Below, one piece after another: positions 40,385 to 49,248 of a stretch of 64,000 bases of DNA. Position 1 is the first letter of the stretch; the number at the start of each line of letters is the position of its first letter. The notes beneath the pieces are model-generated. The model was not told the DNA's origin, did not search any database, and worked only from the letters and a program-made list of their open reading frames with translations. The position numbers and the translations under genes are program-made. Source of the DNA: Ignavibacteriota bacterium (GTDB lineage: Bacteria > Bacteroidota > Ignavibacteria > Palsa-1295); the NCBI GenBank assembly GCA_963787835.1, contig CAWBEI010000002.1:1440001-1504000 (forward strand), given 5' to 3'.

Positions 40385-40726
40385 ATGAACGAATTCGTAT
40401 TTCTCTATCGTGGCGGAATGAGCGACGGCACGCAGCCCTCGCCCGCAGAAATGGAAGCAATTATGCAGCGCTGGCAGGGGTGGTTTGCAAAGCTTGGTGA
40501 AGAAGGCAAGCTTAAGGAATGGGGCGCCCCGCTTCAACGTGAAGGCAAACTGGTTGCCGCTGGCGGTTCCATTACGGATGGCCCATTCTCGGAAGGCAAG
40601 GAAGTCATCGGTGGATATTCCATCATAAAGGCGGCAGATCTCGCCGAGGCCGCGGCCATCGCGAAGGGATGTCCCGCCCTTGAAACCGGTGGCAGAGTGG
40701 AAGTGCGTCCCGTCGCACCGATGTGA
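40385..40726 (+). CDS. YciI/DGPF-domain protein
   Basis: TDGPFSEGKEVIGGY, CP...GGRVEVRP. Confidence 0.92.
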   Translation: MNEFVFLYRGGMSDGTQPSPAEMEAIMQRWQGWFAKLGEEGKLKEWGAPLQREGKLVAAGGSITDGPFSEGKEVIGGYSIIKAADLAEAAAIAKGCPALETGGRVEVRPVAPM

Positions 40727-40811
40727 TCCATTCCAATCGTTCGAAAACTCACGCAGCGGAGAATGCAGCGTGAGTTTTCGGCGTTTGTTTTGATCCACGA
40801 ATCATAACAAC

Positions 40812-41345
40812 ATGGCAGAAACTATCGGGATCATCGCCAACATCGCCCTCACGCTTTCGGTCGTCATTGCGCTGATATTCGGCATCGCGCAAGTAAAAGC
40901 TGCGGAACGCGACCGCCGCGAGCGCCTCACGCTCGAAACTTTGCGAGTATTCAGCACTCGCGAGTTTTCGGAGCTTATCAATTTCGTGAATACTATCGAG
41001 GTTCCCAAAACACGGGAAGAATTCGCCGCCTTGCCATCCGACCATCAAATAAAACTCATCCACATCGGCCAGCAGATGGAATCCATCGGTATGTTGGTCT
41101 ATGAACACTATATCGAGCTCGATCTCATCGATAAAACGCTGGGGGACTTTGTATCGAACACATGGAACAAATTTAAGCCGATGTTCGAAGACAGCCGCGC
41201 AAAAATTCCCGACCCCTATTTAGCAGAATACAACCAATGGCTCGCCGAACGCATCGAGGAACGCATGAAAAACAATCCTCGCGAACCGTATTATAAAAAT
41301 GCTGGAGGTGCTCGACAACCTCCACCCACGCTTCGCCGACGGTAG
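40812..41345 (+). CDS. Hypothetical protein with N-terminal TM (DUF4760-like)
   Basis: TM helix, ESIGMLVY..YIELD, EYNQWLAE pattern. Confidence 0.6.
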   Translation: MAETIGIIANIALTLSVVIALIFGIAQVKAAERDRRERLTLETLRVFSTREFSELINFVNTIEVPKTREEFAALPSDHQIKLIHIGQQMESIGMLVYEHYIELDLIDKTLGDFVSNTWNKFKPMFEDSRAKIPDPYLAEYNQWLAERIEERMKNNPREPYYKNAGGARQPPPTLRRR

Positions 41346-41460
41346 CATTCCAAACTCCCATTCCTATGCAGCAAAGCGGAATAGGATTGGGCAAGCATCG
41401 CCCGTCCCGAGCCTGTCGAGGGATGCGCGGCGTGGTTTGCGGGATTGCACCACACTCACC
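41316..41460. repeat. CCCCTCC/DUF559-type palindromic repeat (degenerate copy)
   Basis: Shares GCGGGATTGCACCACACTCAC (41439-41459) with 43333-43353 and GCAAGCATCGCCC with 44690. Confidence 0.75.
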
Positions 41461-41494
41461 GGGACTCCACTTCATTCAAACTTCCAATGTAACG

Positions 41495-41869
41495 ATGGCC
41501 TATAACGAAGCACTTGCAAACCGACTGCGGAACGCGCTGGCACATCTCAAGAATGTCGAAGAAAAGAAAATGATGGGCGGGCTCACGTTCATGGTCAACG
41601 GAAAAATGTGTGTGGGTATTGTAAAAGAGGATCTGATGGTCCGGCTGGATCCTGCTGTGTATGATGCAGCCCTTATGAAAAAAGGCTGCCGCGAAATGAC
41701 CTTCACCGGAAAACCCATGCAAGGTTATGTGTTCGTAAGCCCGGAGGGAATCATATCCGACCGTGATCTCGATTCCTGGATCAAACTCGCGCTCGATTTC
41801 AACACAAAAGCAAAAGCCGCCACAAAGAAAATGAAAAAAATTAACTCCCCTCCGATGAAGCGAGTGTAA
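41495..41869 (+). CDS. TfoX N-terminal domain protein
   Basis: MAYNEALANRLR, EKKMMGGLTFMVNGKMC, GKPMQGYVFV. Confidence 0.88.
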   Translation: MAYNEALANRLRNALAHLKNVEEKKMMGGLTFMVNGKMCVGIVKEDLMVRLDPAVYDAALMKKGCREMTFTGKPMQGYVFVSPEGIISDRDLDSWIKLALDFNTKAKAATKKMKKINSPPMKRV

Positions 41870-41880
41870 AGATTGTTTAA

Positions 41881-42050
41881 ACTACCCCTCACCCAGTTTC
41901 GCTGCGCGAACCATCCCTCTCCCCACGAAGTGGGGAGAGGGACATTCCGCCGCAGGCGGAATCGGGTGAGGGGGAGTTTCACAGGCCCATCGTACCCACC
42001 ACCATCAGCCATATCCTACTTCGCTCCACTGCATAGCACGGGAGCAACGT
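41881..42050. repeat. CCCCTCACCC...CCCTCTCCCC/GGGGAGAGGG...GGGTGAGGGG palindrome plus a degenerate copy
   Basis: Nested inverted repeats 41885-41974, followed by a degenerate accaccatcagcc...tcctac copy. Confidence 0.75.
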
Positions 42051-42083
42051 CAGGAAAATAAAATAGAAATCAGTCACAAACCT

Positions 42084-42503
42084 ATGCCGATCAGCTATCT
42101 TTTTCTTCTTCTCTTCCCATTCGCGCTTGTTACACAGAATTATCAGCTCACGGTAACGGTAACCTCGCTTCATAGCAATGACGGCGTTGTGTTTGTTAGT
42201 CTCTATAACTCGGAAGCGGGGTACCCAACCGATCCCAATAAAGCGATCCGAAAGACGCCGGTGAAGATCAAAAACAAAACGGCGGTAGTGACGTTCGATA
42301 GCCTGCCGCCCGGAGTGTATGCCATCGCATGTTACCACGATGAGGATGGGAACGGAAAACTCAATACAAATTTTCTGGGGATACCGACGGAGGGTGTTGG
42401 CGCCTCCAACGATGCAAAGGGATTTATGGGGCCGCCATCCTTCAAAGATGCAAGTTTCTCACTCCGAGCGAACGCGGCGATCGTGATTCACATGAAGTAT
42501 TAG
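42084..42503 (+). CDS. DUF2141 family secreted protein
   Basis: PGVYAIACYHDEDGNGKLNTNFLGIPTEGVGASN, GPPSF. Confidence 0.9.
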   Translation: MPISYLFLLLFPFALVTQNYQLTVTVTSLHSNDGVVFVSLYNSEAGYPTDPNKAIRKTPVKIKNKTAVVTFDSLPPGVYAIACYHDEDGNGKLNTNFLGIPTEGVGASNDAKGFMGPPSFKDASFSLRANAAIVIHMKY

Positions 42504-42606
42504 TTAAACTTCCCATCCTACGATGCGCGGGGTGGTTTCGATCAGATCTCGAGATATTATTAGTAATTTTGCAGATCAGTTCACCATCAACCAAATAAAG
42601 GGCACT

Positions 42607-43116
42607 ATGAGATCATTAGATATGAAGTCGATCCTGTTGGGAATGCTTTTGATGCTGGGCATCGGTGTGGCATTCGGGCTTTCTAAAAAAACAAATAACG
42701 CAACACCACCGGCCGACACCGCGCCAAAGGTGACGGGAATCGGCGGTGTTTTCTTTTATTCGGACGATCCGAAGAAAACGAACGATTGGTACACCAAAAA
42801 TTTAGGGATCGAGATCAATGAATGGGGTTCTTCGAGCTTTGAATTTAGAAATGTAAATAAACCGGAGGACATTGGCTCGCTTCAATGGAAACCGTTCAAA
42901 AAAGCGGAAGATTATTTCTCCCCATCCAAACGGGATTTTATGATCGACTACCGGGTCCAGAATATGGATGGCCTTGTAAGCAAATTCAAACAGAACGGTG
43001 TAACCATCCTTGACACCGTTGCCACGTACGACTTCGGAAAATTTCTCCACATCATGGACGCCGAAGGCAACAAGATCGAACTATGGGAACCCGTTGACCA
43101 TAAAGCGACCAAGTAA
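42607..43116 (+). CDS. VOC/glyoxalase family protein
   Basis: KVTGIGGVFF, WY..NLG, DFGKF..IMDAEGNKIELWEP. Confidence 0.9.
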   Translation: MRSLDMKSILLGMLLMLGIGVAFGLSKKTNNATPPADTAPKVTGIGGVFFYSDDPKKTNDWYTKNLGIEINEWGSSSFEFRNVNKPEDIGSLQWKPFKKAEDYFSPSKRDFMIDYRVQNMDGLVSKFKQNGVTILDTVATYDFGKFLHIMDAEGNKIELWEPVDHKATK

Positions 43117-43139
43117 AAAGCTCCGCCTTCTGTGCTGCA

Positions 43140-43353
43140 GGGCAACCACCCCCCAGCCCCCTCCTATTCCGCTTCGCTGCATAGGATGGGGAGTTCTTGT
43201 ACTCCCCCTCCTACGGAGTAGGAGGGGGCTGGGGGGTGGTCGGCGGGGTTCCACAACACTTAAAATTTACACTCCCCCTCCTATGCAGCTGGCATCGCCC
43301 ACGATGCGCGGAATAGGAGGGGGGGGTGGTTAGCGGGATTGCACCACACTCAC
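43140..43353. repeat. Palindromic repeat cluster on the 5' flank of DUF559
   Basis: ACCACCCCCCAGCCCCCTCCTA...TAGGAGGGGGCTGGGGGGTGGT; 43200-43240 is identical to 43808-43848. Confidence 0.92.
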
Positions 43354-43371
43354 TATTATGTTCTGTGTAAA

Positions 43372-43737
43372 ATGCAAATTCAAAACCATCCCAGCCTGAA
43401 GAAGCGCCGCCGGGAACTCCGGAATCGCCCCACCGATGGCGAGCACTTGCTGTGGTATCAACTGCGCGGCGCAAAACTGGATGGAAGGAAGTTCCGTCGC
43501 CAGCATAGCGTCGGCCTCTACATCCTCGATTTCTATTGCCCGGAAGAGCGCCTCGCGATCGAGCTGGATGGAAACGTCCACGATGAACCCGCACAGCAGG
43601 CGCACGATAAACGCCGAACGGAATATCTGAATGAGAACCGTATCACCGTGCTTCGCTTCCCAAGCGGACAAGCATCGACCAATCCGCAAGCTATCTTAGA
43701 TCAGATTCGGAAGACATGGGCGGGAAGGGAACGATAA
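43372..43737 (+). CDS. DUF559 (Vsr-like) endonuclease domain protein
   Basis: RELRNRPT..EHLLW..LR...GRKFRRQHSVG.YILDFYC....LAIELDGNVH...D..R..YL...ITVLRF. Confidence 0.92.
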   Translation: MQIQNHPSLKKRRRELRNRPTDGEHLLWYQLRGAKLDGRKFRRQHSVGLYILDFYCPEERLAIELDGNVHDEPAQQAHDKRRTEYLNENRITVLRFPSGQASTNPQAILDQIRKTWAGRER

Positions 43738-43751
43738 CTGTTCGCTGCGAG

Positions 43752-43848
43752 GGGCAACCACCCCCCAGCCCCCTCCTATTCGCAAGCTCATCGGAGGGGG
43801 AGTTTACTACTCCCCCTCCTACGGAGTAGGAGGGGGCTGGGGGGTGGT
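43752..43848. repeat. Palindromic repeat on the 3' flank of DUF559
   Basis: Direct repeat of 43140-43240 with the same internal hairpins. Confidence 0.92.
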
Positions 43849-43960
43849 TCCCCCGATGCGCGGGGCTCGGTTCATACCCGGAACGAACACCCCTGCTTCG
43901 GCGTATTCGGAAATGAATCAATTTGATATTCGTTCAACATCTAACACTACTTAAGGAACT

Positions 43961-44620
43961 ATGTTCGTTGGTCACTATGGTGTTTCCTATGCAGCGAGGT
44001 CCCTGGCTCCGAGGGTACCGCTTTGGGTCTTGTTCATTGCGACCCAATGGATGGATGTCGTGTGGTCCGTGTTGGTGTTGCTTGGGATCGAAAAGCTGAA
44101 CATCGTTCCCGGCTTCACGGAGGCGAACGCGCTCGACCTGTACTACATGCCCTATACGCATGGGTTGCCGGGGTCGATCGTGGTATCGCTGATCTTCGGC
44201 CTGATCGTCGCACTGTGTGTTTCGGAACGCCGCATGTTCACGCTATTTCTCGTTGCCGGCGTTAGCTTTTCCCATTGGATCCTCGATCTGATCGTGCATG
44301 TCGCCGACCTGCCGCTGTATGATAATTCCGCTAAAGTTGGATTTGGTCTGTGGCGTCATGTTGCTTTGAGTTTTCCGCTCGAGTTGATCGTGCTCGGTCT
44401 CGGCGCATGGATCTATTCGAGACGGATGACATTCACCAGCGCCAAAGGCGGCTATATCTTTTGGGCCTTCGTGATATTTCTCGGTGTAGTCCAGGTGTAC
44501 GCGAACTTCGGCCCGCCGCCCACATCGCCCACGGCCATGGCGATAAGCGCCCTTGTACTCTATGTGTTGCTTGCCTTCCTCGCAGCCTGGACCGAAAAAA
44601 TGGCAACCCGTCCGCACTAA
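43961..44620 (+). CDS. Membrane protein, metal-dependent hydrolase-like
   Basis: MFVGH, MPYTHGL, SHWILDLIVH motifs. Confidence 0.75.
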   Translation: MFVGHYGVSYAARSLAPRVPLWVLFIATQWMDVVWSVLVLLGIEKLNIVPGFTEANALDLYYMPYTHGLPGSIVVSLIFGLIVALCVSERRMFTLFLVAGVSFSHWILDLIVHVADLPLYDNSAKVGFGLWRHVALSFPLELIVLGLGAWIYSRRMTFTSAKGGYIFWAFVIFLGVVQVYANFGPPPTSPTAMAISALVLYVLLAFLAAWTEKMATRPH

Positions 44621-44766
44621 CTCCCTCTCCTATGGAGAATAGTATTTTTTTCCGTGCTCCCCCTCCTATGAGCTTGCGAATAGGAGGGGGCAAGCATCGC
44701 CCACGATGCGTGGGGGTGGTTGGCGGGATTGCCACGCACTTAAAACCTAAAACTCCCCACTCACTC
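44621..44766. repeat. CCCCTCC/DUF559-type palindromic repeat
   Basis: CTCCCCCTCCTATGAGCTTGCGAATAGGAGGGGG...GGGGGTGGTTGGCGGGATTGC. Confidence 0.8.
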
Positions 44767-44886
44767 CGCGCCCAAACAATGCAGACCCGGAACGAATACC
44801 CCGGTTCCCCTATTTAACGCTGGGCCGCTCAACATTCAAGCATGCGGATGTGGAGAATATGGGAACGAGCGGCGATGTTATTGTAG

Positions 44887-45912
44887 ATGAATGTAGCGCA
44901 AAAAATTAAACTTGACTTAACGGCAGAGATGCAAGCAAAGCCAGAACTGCGCGCGAAGCTCGAAGAGATTCGTAATAAGCAGAAGGTAAAAAGGCCACAC
45001 ACCGTTGCTCAAGTTCACCTTAGACGCTTTACTGGTAGTGATGGAAGACTTTGGGTTCTTGATAAACCCAAGCTTAAAATATTTCCTGCTGGACCGGAGG
45101 CTGTTACAGTTGTAAAAGGTTTTTTTGACACTGAATTTGAAGATCAATTTGAAGATTCCGAACTACCAGCGACCGGCCAATTAATAGAAGAGCTTTTCTG
45201 TGAAATTGAAGCAGAGTATGCGCCAATTTGCGAATCGATTATTCAGCGGGTGCAGAATGGCAACACTGCAGCGTTTAAGAAAGATGAACTATGGAGTCTG
45301 GCCGGATATATTGCAACACAATACATAAGAACGAAAGAGTTCCGAGATTACATGCTTGAGACACATACAACCATGGAGCTCAAAAAAATCCAACTACTAC
45401 ACCCCGAAATAGATGTGACGGATGTAAAATTGGAAATTTCAGATCCAGCAGCTTATCACGTCAAATTAATTGGTGAGTATGGCGTAATTCAAATGCTTCA
45501 TAAAGTGCTAATCGAAAAACATTCTTTGTGTTTGCATCGAACAACGGAACGACACCCATTTTGGACTTCTGACCAAGCAGCAGTAGCAAGTAAAGGCGGG
45601 TTTCTTCGGCGTGGTAATTTTTTCGCTTTTCCGTTGTCCCCTGAACTACTGGTTGCCTTCTATCAATATGGAAGTCACCCGCCAGCTGGTCTTAAAAATG
45701 GTATTTCAACATGGTGCAAACCCGCAAGCGTAAAATTCTTAAATGATCTTCAAGTAAAACGGAGCCACAGACAAGTATATTCAAATCAGAATCGATTCGA
45801 ATCTGCGATTGATCTTTGCGAAAAGATACCTGAACTTCGAAATCCAGACAGACCGCGTGTCAAAGTATCCGAGACTTACGACCGGGTTGGATTTCATTCG
45901 ATTGATTATTAA
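44887..45912 (+). CDS. DUF4238 family protein
   Basis: HTVAQVHLRRF, QYIRTKEFR, FWTSDQ, FPLSPE, N..Q...SHRQVYS; AT-rich. Confidence 0.75.
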   Translation: MNVAQKIKLDLTAEMQAKPELRAKLEEIRNKQKVKRPHTVAQVHLRRFTGSDGRLWVLDKPKLKIFPAGPEAVTVVKGFFDTEFEDQFEDSELPATGQLIEELFCEIEAEYAPICESIIQRVQNGNTAAFKKDELWSLAGYIATQYIRTKEFRDYMLETHTTMELKKIQLLHPEIDVTDVKLEISDPAAYHVKLIGEYGVIQMLHKVLIEKHSLCLHRTTERHPFWTSDQAAVASKGGFLRRGNFFAFPLSPELLVAFYQYGSHPPAGLKNGISTWCKPASVKFLNDLQVKRSHRQVYSNQNRFESAIDLCEKIPELRNPDRPRVKVSETYDRVGFHSIDY

Positions 45913-45934
45913 CACGAATTACGAGCGAATTTAT

Positions 45935-46158
45935 AGTCGCGGAGCGACGGAGTACTCGCAGCCCAGGGTGCAGCGAGCTTGCGAGCGGAACCCTGGGTTC
46001 GCGATACGTTTTAGGTTTCCATAGTCCTGAAAGGACGGAGTAAATCCTAGGCGGCTAACATCGCCCTTTTCAGGGCTAATAATTTTTCAATTGCAATCCG
46101 ACCCATGGTTCCGTTTCGCTTCACCCTGGGCTGCGAGTACTCCGTGCCTCCGGCACTT
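45935..46158. repeat. Composite hairpin element (IS200/IS605-end-like, non-autonomous)
   Basis: 22-bp IR 45949-45970/46122-46143 plus hairpins GTCCTGAAAGGAC, GCCCTTTCAGGGC and GTGCCTCCGGCAC. Confidence 0.7.
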
Positions 46159-46214
46159 GGAGCGGTTTCTCTCGTTGCCGAACTTTTCATTCCTAAAACT
46201 CTCTTTAAATCAGC

Positions 46215-46433
46215 ATGAGCACACTTGAACTGATCGAGGGGAAAGCGAAACGTCTTCCTCGTGAATTGCGGGAGGAAGTGGCGGATTTCACGGATTATCT
46301 CTTGCGGAAATTCGAGCAGAACAGCACATTGGACCGTCAATGGTCTTCGGCTTCCATGCAGAATGCCATTCGCGGATTCGAAGACGATCCCGTCACCTAC
46401 ACGAAGAGCGATGTGAAAGCGAACGGTCTATAG
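46215..46433 (+). CDS. DUF2281 family small protein (orphan antitoxin-like)
   Basis: LPRELREEVADFTDYLLRK. Confidence 0.7.
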   Translation: MSTLELIEGKAKRLPRELREEVADFTDYLLRKFEQNSTLDRQWSSASMQNAIRGFEDDPVTYTKSDVKANGL

Positions 46434-46530
46434 TTTTTTGCGAATTGTGTGCCCAAGCGGTTTGTGTCATCCGTCTCCCCACCCGAACATGTCTTCCACC
46501 TTCTGTTGTTTATTCTAACTTTTTAGTATC

Positions 46531-47811
46531 ATGGGACTTTCCTTCGAGCCGGGCAGTACAGATCACACGCAGATCAATGCTATTGTCGAGCATTTGTTCC
46601 GGCATGAGTATGGCAAGCTGGTTTCCACGCTGGTGCGCGCGGTCGGCATTTCGAAATTAGACGATGTGCAGGATGTTGTGCAGGAGTCCCTCATGGCGGC
46701 GATGACCGGCTGGTCCTTCCGTGGCCTGCCTGAAAATCCGACGGGCTGGCTTATTCAGGTCGCGAAGAACAAGATGGTGGACCTCCAGCGCCACGGTTCC
46801 CGTACTTCACAACGGTTCGTGCCGATGATTCCCGGCATCCACGAGGGCGCGTACGTGTTCGATCTCGATAGGCTCGTCGTGCCGTGGGAGATACAAGATT
46901 CCCAGCTTCGTATGATGTTCGCGTGCTGCCATCCCGGTATTCCCGTGCCCTCACAGATCACGCTCACGCTAAAAGCGCTGTGCGGATTCAGCGTCCGTGA
47001 GATCGCCAACGCATTTCTCACGAAAGAAGACACCATTGAAAAACGCTTAGGGCGTGCGCGGAAGTATTTCAGAGATCATAACGTGGAACTCGAAGCGCCC
47101 GCCGGACGCGCATTGAAATCGCGGAGCGGGGCCGTACTTTCTTCGCTGTATCTGCTATTCAACGAAGGCTACAAGCAAACGGAGAGCGATGGCCTCTTCG
47201 ATCGCGACCTGTGCCTGGAAGCGATCCGCCTTGTGCGCATCATGGCCGAGCATCCCGAAGTCCATTCGCCGGAATCGCTTGCGCTGCTCGCGCTGATGAC
47301 GCTCGTTGCCGCGCGCTTCGATACCCGCACCAACGACCGTGGCGATATCGTGCTGCTCTCCGAACAGGATCGTTCCAAATGGAATCGGGAACTCATAGAT
47401 CAGGGTATGGACTATTTCCGCCGCTCCGAGCCGGATATTCACATGTCCCATTATCATCTCGAAGCGGCCATTCAATCGCTTCACGTCATGGCACCCTCGT
47501 TCGATGCAACAGATTGGCCTGCCATTCTTGGATTGTATAAACGGCTGTATGCGATGCGGCCCAGTCCCGTCGTCGCGATGCACATGTCGGTATCGATGGG
47601 TCAGGTACACGGGCCGGATGCAGCCATCGAATTACTTCAGTCGCAGCCGCTCACGAATTATTATCTCTATCACGCACTCTTGGGCGATGCGTATGTAAAA
47701 ACGAACCGCCTCGACGAAGCCGCCGCCGCATTCCGCCGTGCCATCAAGCTTACGATGAATGCCCGCGAAAAAACGCTGCTCGCAGAACGATTGGCGGGGA
47801 TCGTGGCATGA
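46531..47811 (+). CDS. ECF sigma factor with C-terminal TPR-like extension (ECF42-like)
   Basis: VEHLFRHEYGKL, DSQLRMMFACCHP, LYLLFNEGY, QDRSKW, YHLEAAI, TDWPAI. Confidence 0.9.
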   Translation: MGLSFEPGSTDHTQINAIVEHLFRHEYGKLVSTLVRAVGISKLDDVQDVVQESLMAAMTGWSFRGLPENPTGWLIQVAKNKMVDLQRHGSRTSQRFVPMIPGIHEGAYVFDLDRLVVPWEIQDSQLRMMFACCHPGIPVPSQITLTLKALCGFSVREIANAFLTKEDTIEKRLGRARKYFRDHNVELEAPAGRALKSRSGAVLSSLYLLFNEGYKQTESDGLFDRDLCLEAIRLVRIMAEHPEVHSPESLALLALMTLVAARFDTRTNDRGDIVLLSEQDRSKWNRELIDQGMDYFRRSEPDIHMSHYHLEAAIQSLHVMAPSFDATDWPAILGLYKRLYAMRPSPVVAMHMSVSMGQVHGPDAAIELLQSQPLTNYYLYHALLGDAYVKTNRLDEAAAAFRRAIKLTMNAREKTLLAERLAGIVA

Positions 47812-47827
47812 TATTTCTTTTATCCAT

Positions 47828-47886
47828 GTCATCCTTCGACTTCGCAAGACTCCGCTATCGCTACGTCTTGCTCCGCTCAGGATGAC
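47828..47886. repeat. Half copy of the GTCATCCTGAGCG-type palindromic element
   Basis: ATCCTTCGACT...CTCCGCTCAGGATGAC matches 61041-61095. Confidence 0.8.
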
Positions 47887-47930
47887 AGTATTAAATTACT
47901 CTTCGCTTCTTCGTCGTAAATTTGTGTCAA

Positions 47931-48935
47931 ATGCGGCGCATATTCATCCTTTTCGTGATCCTTGCCATCCTCCTTGGCACCGTATATTACGTGTTCTTTC
48001 TAAAAAATCCAAAGATCTCCGAGAATGAAGTTGTAATCAGCATCCCGCAAGGCACATCCGTTGCTGCGCTGACGGATACACTTGCGGCGCATCAGCTTAT
48101 TCGTTCGGGCGTTGCGTTTCAGTTCGCGGCGCGCGTGCTCGGTGCGGCAAAGGAGCTTCATGCCGGAAGGTACCGCATTGCGTACGGTCTTTCGAACACA
48201 CAAATTATTCGGCGGCTCACCGGCAGCGAGTACGCCCTAATTCTGCGCGCCACGTTCCCCGAAGGCATTACCATCTATCATGCCGCTTCGATCGCGAAGG
48301 ATAAGCTCGGACTCGATTCCGGAATTTTCATGCGGTTTGCATTTGACACTGCTTTCCTTCATTCCCTCGGAGTTCCTCAGGAAGCGAGATCGGCAGAAGG
48401 ATATTTATTTCCCGATACCTACGAATTTCTCCTCAGTGCCGATCCGAAAGGTTTGCTGACGAAAATGATAAAGCATTGGAAACGCTTGGTGGATGACTCG
48501 CTCTATCAAAATTCCGATGAGGAAGAACTTTCTCTTCAAGAAGTAATGACGCTGGCCTCGATCGTTGAAGCAGAAGCGCACCGTCCCGATGAGCGCGATA
48601 CGATCGCAAGCGTGTATCTCAATCGATTGCGAATAGGCATGAAACTCGATGCCGATCCATCAGTGCAATATGGTTTGCACCTCGATCACGCGATCACGCA
48701 TGACGATCTCCTCACACCCGGCCCCTATAATACCTATATGAATGCGGGACTCCCTCCGGGGCCGATCTGCAATCCCGGTGCGGCGAGCGTCCGCGCCGTG
48801 CTGCATCCGGCAAAAAGCAAGTATCTCTATTTCGTCGCGCGAAGGGATGGCTCCGGCGGCCATTATTTCAGCAAATCCCTGATCGAGCAGGATCGCAAGA
48901 TCAATATGGCGCGAGCAAATGCGGCTCAGGAATAG
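47931..48935 (+). CDS. mltG: Endolytic transglycosylase MltG
   Basis: TFPEG, EGYLFPDTY, ASIVEAEA, VYLNRL..GMKL..DPSV.Y, YNTY...GLPPGPI.NPG. Confidence 0.96.
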   Translation: MRRIFILFVILAILLGTVYYVFFLKNPKISENEVVISIPQGTSVAALTDTLAAHQLIRSGVAFQFAARVLGAAKELHAGRYRIAYGLSNTQIIRRLTGSEYALILRATFPEGITIYHAASIAKDKLGLDSGIFMRFAFDTAFLHSLGVPQEARSAEGYLFPDTYEFLLSADPKGLLTKMIKHWKRLVDDSLYQNSDEEELSLQEVMTLASIVEAEAHRPDERDTIASVYLNRLRIGMKLDADPSVQYGLHLDHAITHDDLLTPGPYNTYMNAGLPPGPICNPGAASVRAVLHPAKSKYLYFVARRDGSGGHYFSKSLIEQDRKINMARANAAQE

Positions 48936-48990
48936 AGCAAAGGCTAAAGTAATGGAACGGGTGAAGTTACCCTCCCTGTTAGCGCATCCT

Positions 48991-49099
48991 TAGAACCTGA
49001 GATACGCAAATTCTTGAGATTTACAAATATCCTGAGAATCCATCCGCGTAATCCGGATGATCGATCATCCGCTTTAATCCGCGTAATCCAGGTTCAGAT
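48991..49099. repeat. ATCCGCGTAATCC-type dispersed repeat (copy 2)
   Basis: AGAACCTG...ATCCGCGTAATCCAGGTTCAGAT, ending 3 nt before the tRNA. Confidence 0.8.
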
Positions 49100-49102
49100 A
49101 AA

Positions 49103-49179
49103 CGGCGTGTAGCGCAGCCTGGTAGCGCACTACTTTGGGGTAGTAGGGGTCGTGGGTTCAAATCCCGCCACGCCGACCA
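49103..49179 (+). tRNA. tRNA-Pro(GGG)
   Basis: CGGCGTG/CACGCCG acceptor stem, anticodon arm CTACT-TTGGGGT-AGTAG, GTTCAAATC T-loop, encoded CCA. Confidence 0.96.
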
Positions 49180-49180
49180 A

Positions 49181-49248
49181 TGAGTTGATAACGGATAGTG
49201 GAAAGTGGATAGTTTTTTTAATCCACTATCCGTTATACACTATCCACT
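49181..49248. repeat. Inverted tandem heptamer array (ATAGTGG)n/(CCACTAT)n between the tRNA and rodA
   Basis: ataacgg atagtgg aaagtgg atagt ... ccactat ccgttat acactat ccact; could act as a bidirectional terminator. Confidence 0.8.

Noticed and set aside
40727-46530. Classical integron
   Set aside because: There is no tyrosine integrase in the window, and the spacers lack recognisable RYYYAAC...GTTRRRY attC structure.
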